DNA of 63,744 bases, the filler included, from Octopus bimaculoides (lineage: Eukaryota): assembly GCF_001194135.2 (NCBI RefSeq). It is 5 parts of 5 records of this genome, joined end to end, with 100 filler letters (N's around TTAATTAATTAA, not from the genome) between each part and the next. Parts side by side here need not be neighbours in the genome. Positions count along the whole stretch, not along the records: positions 1 to 27,946 come from NC_068991.1; positions 28,047 to 57,261 come from NC_068981.1; 3 more parts are not named here. One strand, 5' to 3'. Of the stretch, positions 23,836 through 37,483 are shown in pieces. The notes beneath the pieces were generated by a model, which saw only the letters and a program-made list of their open reading frames with translations, was not told the DNA's origin and ran no database searches. Both the position numbers and the translations under genes were made by a program. The number at the start of each line of letters is the position of its first letter. Within the stretch, counting starts at the first letter, position 1.

Positions 23836-25445
23836 GCGCGGATATTTGAAGGGGAGATAGGACAAGAGAGCGGAAAAAGAGAGCCAGAGAAAAGAGTGAG
23901 AAACCGAGAAAGAGAGAAAAAAGAGTAAGAAAAACAGAAAGAAAGAGAGAGAGAGAAAGAGAGATAGATATATAGATAGAGAGAGAGATGGAGAGAGATG
24001 GAGAGAGAGAGAGAGAGAAAACAGAGCGCAACAGAAAGCACAAAAGGTTATCTGGTCCTCGATAGGAATCTAAGTAAAGAATGAGGTTCTTTAAAACAGC
24101 ATTCCCAGCCGAAGAATGACTATGGGCGATATGTAATTGGAGAAGAAAGGTCTAGGAGNNNNNNNNNNNNNNNNNNNNNNNNNNNNNNNNNNNNNNNNNN
24201 NNNNNNNNNNNNNNNNNNNNNNNNNNNNNNNNNNNNNNNNNNNNNNNNNNNNNNNNNNNNNNNNNNNNNNNNNNNNNNNNNNNNNNNNNNNNNNNNNNNN
24301 NNNNNNNNNNNNNNNNNNNNNNNNNNNNNNNNNNNNNNNNNNNNNNNNNNNNNNNNNNNNNNNNNNNNNNNNNNNNNNNNNNNNNNNNNNNNNNNNNNNN
24401 NNNNNNNNNNNNNNNNNNNNNNNNNNNNNNNNNNNNNNNNNNNNNNNNNNNNNNNNNNNNNNNNNNNNNNNNNNNNNNNNNNNNNNNNNNNNNNNNNNNN
24501 NNNNNNNNNNNNNNNNNNNNNNNNNNNNNNNNNNNNNNNNNNNNNNNNNNNNNNNNNNNNNNNNNNNNNNNNNNNNNNNNNNNNNNNNNNNNNNNNNNNN
24601 NNNNNNNNNNNNNNNNNNNNNNNNNNNNNNNNNNNNNNNNNNNNNNNNNNNNNNNNNNNNNNNNNNNNNNNNNNNNNNNNNNNNNNNNNNNNNNNNNNNN
24701 NNNNNNNNNNNNNNNNNNNNNNNNNNNNNNNNNNNNNNNNNNNNNNNNNNNNNNNNNNNNNNNNNNNNNNNNNNNNNNNNNNNNNNNNNNNNNNNNNNNN
24801 NNNNNNNNNNNNNNNNNNNNNNNNNNNNNNNNNNNNNNNNNNNNNNNNNNNNNNNNNNNNNNNNNNNNNNNNNNNNNNNNNTATATATATATATATATGC
24901 ACATGCGTATGTATACATGATTGAGGGTGACTGTACGCGCGTGCAAATGGAAAATAGATGCTCACAAAAATAGTTGTTTATATTCATTCTATTTCCAACA
25001 GGCTCTTTAGTCTGGAAGCTAGCAAACATTTGTGTACGCTTATATATATATATATGTATATAAACATACACTATATATATATACAAACATACACTTACAT
25101 TTATATACACGCACACATGTTTATATTTATATATATATGATACGTACATACATACACACACATATATATATATATACTACATATGTATGTATGTATAGGT
25201 TTATATGTGTACCTAGATGAACATCATCTCTTTGTCAATTTTATGCACATACGTACGAGCGCGCACGTACACTCACAGGCACACACATGCCTATAACTTT
25301 TGCAAATAAACATAATGCACGCTTGTCTAGGAATATCTATATGTATATGTGTATTCATTGGTAAATGTTTGTGTGTACGTGTGTGCGTATATATATNNNN
25401 NNNNNNNNNNNNNNNNNNNNNNNNNNNNNNNNNNNTATATATATA

Positions 25446-25750
25446 GGAGAATATACAAATAATAACAACAGACGAGGACAGGTGGTGTAAATAACAAAAG
25501 GATATATTAGTATGACGCTCGGGAATACGGAAAGTCTTTGACGTTTCGAGCTACGCTCTTCAACAGAAAGAATACGGAGACAAGGAGATGCTCGAAATGA
25601 GGAGTAAATGGACAGCCGACAACTGATGAAGGGTCGTACTTTATGTTACTTGTTCTGTTTTCCATTTGTTTCATTCGTTGTTTATGTATCCAACTCTTTT
25701 GTTTTCGTATTTCATGTTGTTTACGGTTTGTGACGTCATGTACCCAGGAT
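25446..25750 (-). mobile_element. Dispersed repeat with a minimal type I hammerhead-like motif (probable Penelope terminal-repeat derivative)
   Basis: Minus strand 25571-25535 reads TCTTT-CTGTTGA-A-GAG-CGTAG-CTC-GAAAC-GTC-AAAGA; homologous to 2958-3120. Confidence 0.65.
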
Positions 25751-25780
25751 ATATATGTGTATGTCTTTAACTTTTATTTT

Positions 25781-26397
25781 CCTTTTACTTGTTTCAGTCA
25801 TTTGACAGCGGCCATGCTGGAGCACCGCCTTTAGTCGAGCAAATCGACCCCAGAGTTTATTCTGTGTAAACCTAGTACTTATTCTATCGTTTTCTCTTGC
25901 CGAACCGCTAGGTTACGGGGAAGTAAACACACTAACATCGGTTGTCAAGCAATGTTGGGGAGACAAATACGGACACACAAACATACACACACACACACAT
26001 ATATATATACATATACGACGGGCTTCTTCCAGTTTTCGTCTACCAAATCCACTCACAAGGCTTTGGTCGGCCCGAGGATATAGTAGAAGACTCTTGCCCA
26101 AGGTGCCATGCAGTTGGACTGAACCCATGATTATGTGGTTGGTAAGCAAGCTACTTACCACACAGCCACTCCTGCGCCTATCTGTGTAGATATACATATA
26201 TATATGCATATATGGACATATATATATATATATACGACGGGCTTCTTTCAGTTTCCGCCTACCAATTCCACTCACACGGCTTTGGTCGTCCCGAGGCTAT
26301 GGTAGAAGACACTTGCCTAAGGTGCCACGCAGTGGGACTGAAACCGAAACCATGGGGTTGGGGATGCAAGCTTCTTACCACACAGCCACTCCTCCGC
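25781..26397 (-). mobile_element. SINE family A full copy (25781-26178) plus a tandem second 5' half (26235-26397)
   Basis: Two successive cgacgggcttctt...accacacagccactcc blocks. Confidence 0.85.
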
Positions 26398-26834
26398 TTA
26401 TATGTACATGTATATATATATATATATATATAAGCATACATGCACACACACGTGAATATGTGTTTCGTTTAGAGAGCGTATCTAAACAAACGGTAGGGTA
26501 GTTTAGTGGTGTTCTGATTCTCGTTAATTTAGCTCTGATGTTTAGCGTAGTGGCATGAAGGTGTGTGTGGGGGAACGCAAGAGAGTGAGGGGGAGAGAAG
26601 GGGAGGGAAAGACAATTATCCATTGATAGACATATAACATGAGAATAATGTTTTTTATACATACATACACACACACACTCAGGCACACTCACACAGACAT
26701 GCATATATACACATAAAGTAGTTTATATACAGATATATAAAGAAAATGTAGTATATATATATATATATATGCATCTATATATATATGTAGATGTAGGTAT
26801 GTACATACATGTACGTATATATGCATATACTCAC

Positions 26835-26878
<44 letters not shown>

Positions 26879-27028
26879 ATATATACACTTACTTTATGTT
26901 ATATATATATAAAACTATATATATATGCATATACATATATACATATTTGTATACATGTATATTATTATATAAATACATACACATACATATGTAATTATAC
27001 ACACACACATACACACATATGTAATTAT

Positions 27029-27059
<31 letters not shown>

Positions 27060-27624
27060 AACACGCGTGCGCACACAGTAAGAGGGAAAAGACTGGGAAG
27101 AGGAGAGACAGACAAGAGAGAGAAACGGATAAATGGTGGAAGGGAAAAATAATGATATTAGTGTTGGCGGTGGTGAAGGCAGTGGTATTGGTGGTGGTGG
27201 TGGTGGTGGTGGTGGTAGTTGTAAGAGTTAGTAATTACTAAATAAAAGAAATATTTGTTTCAGCCGTGTTCGAAACGGGAAGCTAACTGGAAACTTCTAA
27301 GTGATCACATGGCATGCTAGAAATAGCAGCTAAATTATTTCAAACGACGTGGCTGGCTGCTGAGTAAAAAAACGATGTAATCACTAGCACCACCACCACC
27401 ACCACCACCACCACCACCATCATCATCATCACCCCACCCTACCACCACCTATCTGGCCTCACTGTTTGCCGACGCCACTGTCGACTGGACTTCGAAGTCA
27501 CTGTTAATAAAATTATTTATAACATTTTACTCTATTCTTGTAGTGAGTTTTTGTTCAGTTAATGTCCTGAATTATTGCAATTTCCATATTTTACATTATA
27601 AAACCGCTTTTAGCTGTGTGTGTA

Positions 27625-27661
<37 letters not shown>

Positions 27662-27748
27662 ATGTATGTATGTACGCGTGTGCTTGCATAATCATCTATC
27701 TATCTATCTNNNNNNNNNNTATGTATGTACGCGTGTGCTTGCATAATC

Positions 27749-27806
<58 letters not shown>

Positions 27807-27888
27807 ACATGTTTAGTAAAACAAATACGCTAAATAGAACTAAAGATCTCAGTATATATATAATGCTTGCATATGTATGTATATGCAT

Positions 27889-27946
<58 letters not shown>

Positions 27947-28046
27947 NNNNNNNNNNNNNNNNNNNNNNNNNNNNNNNNNNNNNNNNNNNNTTAATTAATT
28001 AANNNNNNNNNNNNNNNNNNNNNNNNNNNNNNNNNNNNNNNNNNNN
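27947..28046. other. Synthetic 100-bp scaffold linker N44-TTAATTAATTAA-N44
   Basis: Identical structure at 57262-57361, 60546-60645 and 62534-62633; the 12-mer is palindromic with stops in all six frames. Confidence 0.95.
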
Positions 28047-28096
28047 TGAGAAAAATTGAGTCTTTTTCCTTTTCCTCTTACTGCTTTTTCTTTTTC

Positions 28097-28925
28097 CTAA
28101 AGGATATTCAGCTGTGGTTTATATTTTTTAATCAGTATGTTTTCCTTATTTTAACGGGTTTGGGTTGAAGTGTTTCCAGTGCATTGACAGAGAGGGAAGA
28201 TTTGGTATTTAGAGTTTATGTCTACAGAGCATTGGTCTACGTGCTTGCTTACGGGAATTTTCCGAGTGGTGGGGTCCCGGATTTGTTGCCTGTGCACCGT
28301 AAGTCTATTCCTCAAAGTTAAGCTAATTTGACCTATGTAGTCCCCACCACAACCTCCACCTTTGAGAACATAGAATAAGTTCTTCGAAGCACAAGTGAAG
28401 CCATATTTTATGGTAAAAGTTTGACCGGACTTAAATTTGTCAGTCGAGACCCCTTAGAGGAAGATGCAAGTTCCGCTGTTATGGCGGTTGCACTTTTTGC
28501 TTTGTGGGGTTGTACTTTTGGTGGGTAATTTGGCGCTGGTGTGTAATGTTTTAGGGATTGCCTTTGTCTCTTGCTTTTAATAATCCTATATGTTTCCAGT
28601 ACCTTTTTCATTCGCGGGTCTTTCATAAGGAGGGGTGTGTTTTAGTGGATGATGTTGTATGCTTCCATGTTTCTTGTATTGTGTGTCGATACGTAGGATA
28701 GAGTTTTAAGTGTGTCATGGTGTTTTCTTGTATTCCGTAACTCTTAGATGTCTATCATTTTTGCACTTCTATTCCATTATTCAATTGACTGGTCGGGTAT
28801 TTTCTATTCAGTAATGTGTTTTTAAGTTCTTGGAGTCGCTTTTCTCGGGTTTCGGGATTTGATGCAATCGTGCAAATTCTTCTCTCTAAGTTCAACGGTA
28901 TAATTATTTTACTGCTATGAACATT
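28097..28925 (-). pseudogene. Penelope-like retroelement 3' fragment (RT thumb, C-x4-C-x2-C linker, GIY-YIG endonuclease), frameshifted
   Basis: IPLNLERRICTIASNPETREKRLQELK, DPRMKKVLETYRIIKSKRQ, DYIGQ, HRQQIRDP and terminal KPQLNIL* align by eye with the 60.6-62.4 kb element. Confidence 0.85.
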
Positions 28926-29250
28926 TAAACTTACACCTGTCATCCTGCTATTGACTGCTATGAACATTCAAACTTACACCTGTCATCTTAATTCATAATG
29001 CTAAATTATCTGTTTTGAATATGTTAATTTGTCAACATTGAAACAATTTCCTTTGTCAACATTGAAACATTGTAATTTGTCAACATTGAAACTTTTAAAG
29101 ATGTTTTTTCTAATTCATAATTTTAAACATTTATCATCGATAAACGTAGATGTTTTCTAATTTATAACTTTAAACCTTTACCATTGATAAACAAAGATAT
29201 TTTTCTAATTCATAACTTTCAACTTTTACCATTGATAAACAAAATATATC
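28914..29250. repeat. Cluster of short AT-rich tandem duplications
   Basis: ctgctatgaacatt(t/c)aaacttacacctgtcatc x2, ttgtcaacattgaaac x3, ttttctaatt(c/t)ataa...ttta(t/c)cat(c/t)gataaac x3. Confidence 0.75.
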
Positions 29251-30199
29251 GTTGAATCTAGTTTGGTATATATGTAAATAAATGTATTTTAAACATGTAC
29301 GAGTTTTCGAAATTTAGGTGCATTTACAACAACACATTTTCCCATATACATATATATANNNNNNNNNNNNNNNNNNNNNNNNNNNNNNNNNNNNNNNNNN
29401 NNNNNNNNNNNNNNNNNNNNNNNNNNNNNNNNNNNNNNNNNNNNNNNNNNNNNNNNNNNNNNNNNNNNNNNNNNNNNNNNNNNNNNNNNNNNNNNNNNNN
29501 NNNNNNNNNNNNNNNNNNNNNNNNNNNNNNNNNNNNNNNNNNNTATATAGTTATTAATATTTCTAAGTCTCTCTAAAGGAGACTACGGCAGCGGTACTGG
29601 AAATTAATAGTTATCGCCAAGCCAACATGGCAGTCCCAAAATTAGGACGAAAGCTGCCGTGAATTAGCTCCAAGAAGCCATCGCCTCTAGCTAGCTATGT
29701 GACACACGAAACCTGTGTCCTTTATAACCTTCGAACAGGGGAGGTCAGCAGTGTCCCCCTGCTGGTTTGGCATCTGCAGACTAGTTTCAGGGTGTTGCCC
29801 CTTGTCAATGCAGAGCAGCCAATATACATGTATGTATGTATGTATTTATGTATGTATAGTATATATATTACCATATTTTCTACTTTAAGTCGAGTATTCT
29901 ATTAGTCGTTACGTCAGGAATGGTACGCTCTATAGAAATTGCGACTTTGCGACGTACAATTATGAATGAGAATGTTCTAGTCAACATCAAATTGGCATTG
30001 TATTTCGACTGTTACTTGGCTATTTTATTTATTATGTTTTGAAAGTATGTTTATGGAAAAGGAATCTTAACAGAATGAAACTAGATACAAGCTTTCTCCA
30101 ACACATTTCAATGAATCAGAATTTGCGGCGATACATTCTATTTTTTGCATCAGGCAAAAAATACAAATGGACTTGAACTGACAGTTCTGTAGAAGGAAA

Positions 30200-30490
30200 T
30201 ATTAAAGCAGGTGAATCTTAATACATTCATAAATGTAGCTCCCAAGCAGGTGTTAACTTAAATCTAAAGATCGCGGAAAAGAAACGCCTACTTTGATACA
30301 GAGCCCGATTTACATAGTCAGGATTATACCTGGAATTATTGGGTCACTGGGATATGTAACGAACTACCTAAGCACTAATCTTGAGAAATTACGCTTTTCA
30401 AAGAAAGGAGAAAGATGTTTCTAAGACTAAAAATTCAAGACATCACTGGAAATGTATAATCAGTAAAATTTACCAGAAGGTTACGTTTTA
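30200..30490 (+). pseudogene. Degenerate 3' end of a CRE/R4-type non-LTR retrotransposon
   Basis: IIPGIIGSLGYVTNYLSTNLEKLRFSKK resembles the post-REL C-terminus also seen at 3.3-3.65 kb. Confidence 0.45.
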
Positions 30491-30758
30491 GTATATATGA
30501 GCATGTCTAGATATACAAGTATATGCATGAGAATATAAATAAAACAACGTATACAAATATGCACAAGTACTGACTACAAATATTGCACACATGCACACAT
30601 ATCTAAAACAAATACCCTGTTAATATTGGTAAAATTCCAATGAAGGTGCCTTTGATCTAAGTTAGAAACCGGCACTTTCTCTATTGGCAAGAAACCTTGG
30701 AATTAAATTGAATAATATCACCTATCTACACACGTACCTACCCACATACATACATACG

Positions 30759-30792
<34 letters not shown>

Positions 30793-31473
30793 CATATTAA
30801 TATATATATATATATATATAACATATGACATATATAGGTAGGGAGACGCATAGATATATGCATACATATAAATATATACACACATTCAGTCTTAAAGACC
30901 CATTTACTGGTCGAATTTCTCACAAAGAATATAAGTTTTATAAATGTTGCATTTATAACAGTATTTATCTATGATTTCGATTTACAGTTTATCAGAATAT
31001 TTCCTTGCAGATAATTTAAATTTTAATAATTAATATCTTCGTTACGGACTCAAAATATGCTAGAGTAATACATACATACATACATACATACATACATGCA
31101 TACATACATACATACATACATACATACATACATGCATGCATGCATTCATACATACATACATACATACACACATTATACACGCACACACACACATATAAGT
31201 ATGTATAAATATACATACAGACGCACACAAACACACACGCAGAACACACACACACACACACACGCAGAACACACACGCGCATACACGGACCTATATTGTG
31301 TGTATGTGTGTGTGTTTGAGTGTGTGCGTGTGAAACGAGAAAGAGAAATCCAGTGACAAAGGCAATGAGAAATAGAATGGTGTCAGGTGTATTAATATTT
31401 ATATGAAAACTAATACATTTAAAGGTACAATATTTTTCTTTCTGATATTGACTACAATTTTTATATATTTTAG

Positions 31474-31600
31474 GTCTCTTCATTGCAGTCGTATATCCAT
31501 CCATAAGAATCTTGTCAGCTCCTTTATTCTTCGATTTATCATTTTTGTAATTATATCAGAACCGTATATCATGAGGCAAAATACTTCCTACAGAAATGTG
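31474..31600 (+). CDS. Exon of a class B1 (secretin-like) GPCR: ICL1-TM2-ECL1
   Basis: tttag|G...GTG|gtaagt, 127 nt (phase 2 to 0). Encodes (R)[42 protein letters not shown] with the class B R-x-L-x-C-x-R-x2-IH-x-NL motif. Confidence 0.93.
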
Positions 31601-32725
31601 GTAAGTAAAATCTGAATCTTGAATTTTGTGTGGTGGGTTTGTGTTATTGATTCTTACTCGCATTCAAATGTCATTTATCGATGCAGAAAAATACTTCTTT
31701 GCATTTATAAAAAAAAAGTATCAACTACAAATCTACCCTAGCAAGCAACTCTTATTCAAAAACCGTTTTATAATTCACGGCATATGTTGAATATTAATTA
31801 AGCTCAGGTATAGTTAGAAATATTCAATTTTAAGCGTAGGAAATCTATAAACTGAAAAGCTTTATTGCTGGCACGCAACCATAATGCCTTCAGTCACTCA
31901 TAGTCTTTATAGACAGTAAGACACAGAAACACTCAGAATATTATATTTGTATCTGAATTAAAGTGAATGATGCATATGTCGTCGGACAACGAGATCAGAG
32001 GTTGTGTGCCTAAACCTGGAGCTTATATATGAACATTGCACTTGGTAAGCTGATGGAGTAGTGCTGAAAATTTATCATTAGTAACTCACAAAATGCTCTA
32101 TGCATTACATTATAGTAGTTTCTGCAACAATGGATTTCATATTTATCATCAAACATTCTTAACGCTGAAAATGATTTCGCATCAAATAGATGAAAACTAT
32201 TTCGATTAGACTTCATTTCATTTAAGTACTTGTCTACTTACCATTGTCGCAACAGTTCAATACATCACAAGCAAAAAGGTAACGCACACTGAGATCCACA
32301 TCTAAGGGATTCCTGAACATTCAGCAAAATAATAACATGAACATATCTCACTAAAGCTGATGTCATTAATGTCATAAAGGCAATGAATACAGAATTATAA
32401 ATTGCAATATCAACAGGGAAGCCACTGTTTATTTTTAATACTAGGCCTTGTCACATTTCAATGTTCTTCTAGGTGAATCCGAATACATAGGTTAGAGAAG
32501 AATTGATGCATGTACTAGCGCACACAACAATCAACATTTCACTTCATGATGCTGGTGACAACGAAAACATAAGCGAAACTGTGATGACAAGGAAAAGTCG
32601 TCAATTCGTGTAACATCGAATCGAACATATTTTATCTCATGCATCTTTACTATATATTAGTCTATTTCAGTGTGATTAAAACTCCAAACACTTATTTACA
32701 CTTACACAGATATACACACACACAC

Positions 32726-32756
<31 letters not shown>

Positions 32757-34124
32757 CGTGTGCGTGTGTGTGTGTGAGTGTGTGTGCACATATTCCTATA
32801 TATATATAGAGTGAGAGCGAGAGAGAATATACATAAACACTACGTATATATACATGTGTGTGGGTCGGCGTGTGTGTAGCGTGGTGTGTGTGTCTGTGTA
32901 CAGACATATATTTGCACATATCTATATATACATAGGATATACATAAACAATGCGTAAATACATATTTGTGTGTGTAAGTGTGTGTGTGTGCAAGTGTATA
33001 ATGATACATATGTGTATTTGTGTGAGTGTGCGTGCATCTAATCATTGTATGGAATTAGCTGCTTGATTATGCAGCCATTATGTGTTACTTAGAAGTTAAG
33101 CAATACGAGCCTTAACAGGTCTACTTTGTGTTCTCTACTTTATCACTCGTGGGAAAATATCGAAGTCATTGTCGAAGAAACTCTGGATAGCAAGGAATAT
33201 TAGACGGTGTCCTTGGATAATTTCAAGAAATGTATTGCCTAGTAATGAGAACAGATTCAAGATAAACTAATTCAAGAACGGGAGTGCCTTGAACTAAACT
33301 TTCTGAGATGAGCGCTAAACGAAGAAACGCGTACAGAGTGAAGGAAAATGCACAAAGCAAAGAAAGCATCCTGTATGCATTCGTCCATTTCCACGTCCCA
33401 TTTCTGAGTTGTGATGTTATGCCGTGTACTTATTGTAATTGTAATGTGAGGGCTGGCCCTAGCTCTTGGATGAGTTCATTGCGAATGTTGTCCCGCTCAT
33501 GTTTTGTTTGGGAGGGACAGGCGAAAGAATGGTGACGTCTTCTTTGACCTATCTCTCACGAACTTCTTTGTTTCATTTGAAAACGAAATTAAGTTGAAGG
33601 TGGAAGTGTCACTATTCAGTAATTTTATTAAAACTTAGATGAGTGTGGCGAGCGACGTCTGAGTAGAAACCGATATCAAATATGGCTCAATAGATTGAAG
33701 GAAATATCATGCCTATATATATACAGGCTGACTGTGGCTTTGTGGAATGTTCACGAGCAGACATCGCAGTTCTCATCTCGTGATTAAAAAAAAAAAGCTT
33801 TTCTCTTGATTATTTTTCTTTCTGATATTTTCTATTTCTACATGTTTTATATAATCGCATGATAAATCTTTCTCTTGTGACCTGTATGTTTTTGTTAGCC
33901 CTTGATGGCTAATTTAGAAGACTTTATTATTATTCACCTTCAATCAGAATTAGTCCTATTCGTGATAGGGTTTATGTAGGTAGCGGGTTAATACCCGTTA
34001 CCTCAGATATCCACATAATCTTAATAGGCTTTTAAATGCTCAAAACACTTCTGCTGATCTTTCAGAAGGCAAACCTTTCATAAAAGCTCTACATGACATT
34101 TCATTCGAATCTCTTTCATCTATC

Positions 34125-34348
34125 TGTCTATAGCAAAATCACTGACACACCGGACATAATTCTTAGCGGCAATTTGTCGGTCTTCACGTTCTGAGTTCCA
34201 ATTCCACATAGGTCGACCGTGCTTCTCATTCTTTCAGGGTTGAAGAAATAAATAGCAGTGAAGTGCTGAAGTCGGTGTAATCGACTGGTCTCTTTCCTTT
34301 CTACCATAGACTTTGTGCCTATGGTAGAAAGGATTATCATTATTATTA

Positions 34349-34391
<43 letters not shown>

Positions 34392-34401
34392 NNNNNNNNN
34401 N

Positions 34402-34448
<47 letters not shown>

Positions 34449-35305
34449 TATTATTATTACGGCAGTGGGCTATCAAATTCGCTAGGTTGTTTCTTACTTC
34501 CTTTCTAAGTGAATGTAATTGAATAACTCCTTCCCAATAAAAGTGCTTTCCTTGTGTCAATCATTATTAGTGTGGTGATCTGGTTGAATTGTTAACGCGT
34601 CGAATCAAATGCATTGCCTGTCTATGTTCTGATTTCGAATCACGCGGAGGCCAAATTTACTTCTCATAAATTTAGAATCGATAAAAATAGTGAACTACTC
34701 AAGTACTGGTTGTATGGTATTAGATGCACTTGAACATATATTAGAAGCAAGCATTATTATGTATTACGTAAGTACATTTTCTTATAATTATAACTCATAG
34801 AATAATGTTATTACTTTACGGATAAATGGGATAAGTAGGCAGAATCGTTAGTCCACCGGTCAAATGCTTAGCTACATTTCGTCCAACTTAACGCTCTGAG
34901 TTTCAATGCCGCAGAGGTTGACTTTGCCTTTCATCGCTTAGAAGTCATCAAAATACCTACCAGTTGAGCACTGGGGTCGATGTAATCGACTACCTCTGTC
35001 CCAAAAAATTAAGGCCTTGTACAATATTAGAAACAATAATTATATATTTATGCATGTATTTTTGTTATGACTTTCAGTTTGTAGGATTATTGATAATTTA
35101 TGAATACAGAGGACGTGCTGGCAAACTTGTTAGAACTTCGGGCATAATGTTTTGCCCCGCTTCTTCTAGATTTAGTTTCTGAGTTCAAATTCTGCTGAGG
35201 TCGATTTTACCTTTTATCCTTTCTGGGCTGATTAAATAATTACCTGTTGAGCAAGGGGTCAATATCATTCAGTATCTCTCTCCACAAAACTTTCAGGCCT
35301 GGTAC
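34125..35305. mobile_element. Cluster of four degraded SINE family D copies around an (ATT)n tract
   Basis: Repeated ttctgagttcaaatt...gactttgcctttcatc...gtcgatgtaatcgact motifs in both orientations. Confidence 0.7.
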
Positions 35306-37190
35306 CTGTAACGGAGTATTAATTAGTGCATTGTTAAACAGTATAAAGTGCTACAAATTGACAACAGTTCTTTTATATCATATATTTACGCTAATCTACA
35401 AAATGGTATTTTTGGTATAATGCCATAGTGATAAATAAAAACGACATGAAATGTATATATGTCATTTATAATTTGGTCATATTGAAATTGTAAAGCAACT
35501 GTTCTGTGAAAATGTTCTGGGGATAATAAAAGAATTAATAAAACATAATTTGATATTACATCACTCATCGTTCTATATATACGAGTGTTTGACATTAAAG
35601 TGTACATCTAACAGAAATTTCAAAAGTTCATTTCTCTGAAGTTTATTGAGGTGATCTTTTTCTATTTGCAAAGATAAAAGAACAAAGCTGAATTTTATCT
35701 TCAGAATAATTGAATACTGACAATTAGCAATTATACATAATATGCACTTTTAAAGATTGATTTGTCAGGGGTCCTGGGAGTAATAATTGTTAATCATATG
35801 GTATCTAATGAGAAGCCCAGGCACTTTTAGGGGCTGGTTCTCTCAAACATCGAACACAAATTTCCTTTTCCTTCAATGTTCCCTATATATCCAGATTTGA
35901 AGATGATTCATGAGAAATTCTTTATAGTTCAAATGCAGCTAAAGGTTATTTGCTTAAATTAACAAGGGAAATCAACGACAGTGATAAGATAACTGAAATA
36001 AATTTAGTTGATGTTATTGATTCGTTGTGCGATTTAATTAGAAGGAAACATTATTATTCGCTGCGCGAATACATCAATTAGGTTTCACTTCTTCTGTGCA
36101 GTGTCTATGGTTCTATATATTCTACCACATCGTCATATCAGCCACAAGACTCTTTACAACTGAAATGTGGCTGAAGGTAACAGTGTATGTATTATAATAA
36201 TCATGACAGCATTTCATAAATTACCTGGCTTTACTTATTTCATATATAGATTTTAAAAGAGTTTTCTGTTACCTTTTATATGCTGGATTGGAAAGTAATT
36301 AAGGGAATTCTGGCGAGTCGTAACAACGAATAAATTAATAAGCTGAGAGTTGATTCCAAGTATATGAAATTTTAAGTTGTAAATTTACATTGTCTACATT
36401 TATGCTTATTCAACCTATGCACACATGCACATACAGAGAAAACCACACATATGTGCATATAACTATACTTGTGTATTTATACAGTTATACAGTTATACAT
36501 ACATACACACATACATACATACATACATGCATACATACATACATTATACATATATATACGTATATATATATATATATATATNNNNNNNNNNNNNNNNNNN
36601 NNNNNNNNNNNNNNNNNNNNNNNNNNNNNNNNNNNNNNNNNNNNNNNNNNNNNNNNNNNNNNNNNNNNNNNNNNNNNNNNNNNNNNNNNNNNNNNNNNNN
36701 NNNNNNNNNNNNNNNNNNNNNNNNNNNNNNNNNNNNNNNNNNNNNNNNNNNNNNNNNNNNNNNNNNNNNNNNNNNNNNNNNNNNNNNNNNNNNNNNNNNN
36801 NNNNNNNNNNNNNNNNNNNNNNNNNNNNNNNNNNNNNNNNNNNNNNNNNNNNNNNNNNNNNNNNNNNNNNNNNNNNNNNNNNNNNNNNNNNNNNNNNNNN
36901 NNNNNNNNNNNNNNNNNNNNNNNNNNNNNNNNNNNNNNNNNNNNNNNNNNNNNNNNNNNNNNNNNNNNNNNNNNNNNNNNNNNNNNNNNNNNNNNNNNNN
37001 NNNNNNNNNNNNNNNNNNNNNNNNNNNNNNNNNNNNNNNNNNNNNNNNNNNNNNNNNNNNNNNNNNNNNNNNNNNNNNNNNNNNNNNNNNNNNNNNNNNN
37101 NNNNNNNNNNNNNNNNNNNNNNNNNNNNNNNNNNNNNNNNNNNNNNNNNNNNNNNNNNNNNNNNNNNNNNNNNNNNNNNNNNNNNNNNNC

Positions 37191-37256
<66 letters not shown>

Positions 37257-37326
37257 TAAGATAGATGTACATTTTTGCATACAGATACGTATAAACATAT
37301 TTGTATAATGCTTTACATTTTTGTAG

Positions 37327-37483
37327 GACTGGTTGTGCAAATTGATGACGATTATTCTGCAGTACAGCGCACTGGCAAATATATTTTGGATGTTCGTCGA
37401 AGGTCTATTTCTGCATAATCGGATTGTAGTTTCAGTCTTTAATACAACAGCACCCTTTAAATTATTTTATTTCATTGGGTGGG
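37327..37483 (+). CDS. Exon of a class B1 GPCR: TM3-ICL2-start of TM4
   Basis: ttgtag|GAC...TGG G|gtaagt, 157 nt (phase 0 to 1). Encodes DWLCKLMTIILQYSALANIFWMFVEGLFLHNRIVVSVFNTTAPFKLFYFIGW with the WMxVEGLxLH and IGWG motifs. Confidence 0.95.

Noticed and set aside
25623-25640. CTGATGA hammerhead core on the + strand
   Set aside because: No stem II partner or GAAA follows.
27991-28002. TTAATTAATTAA palindrome as a biological motif
   Set aside because: Always centred in exactly 44+44 Ns; an assembly linker.
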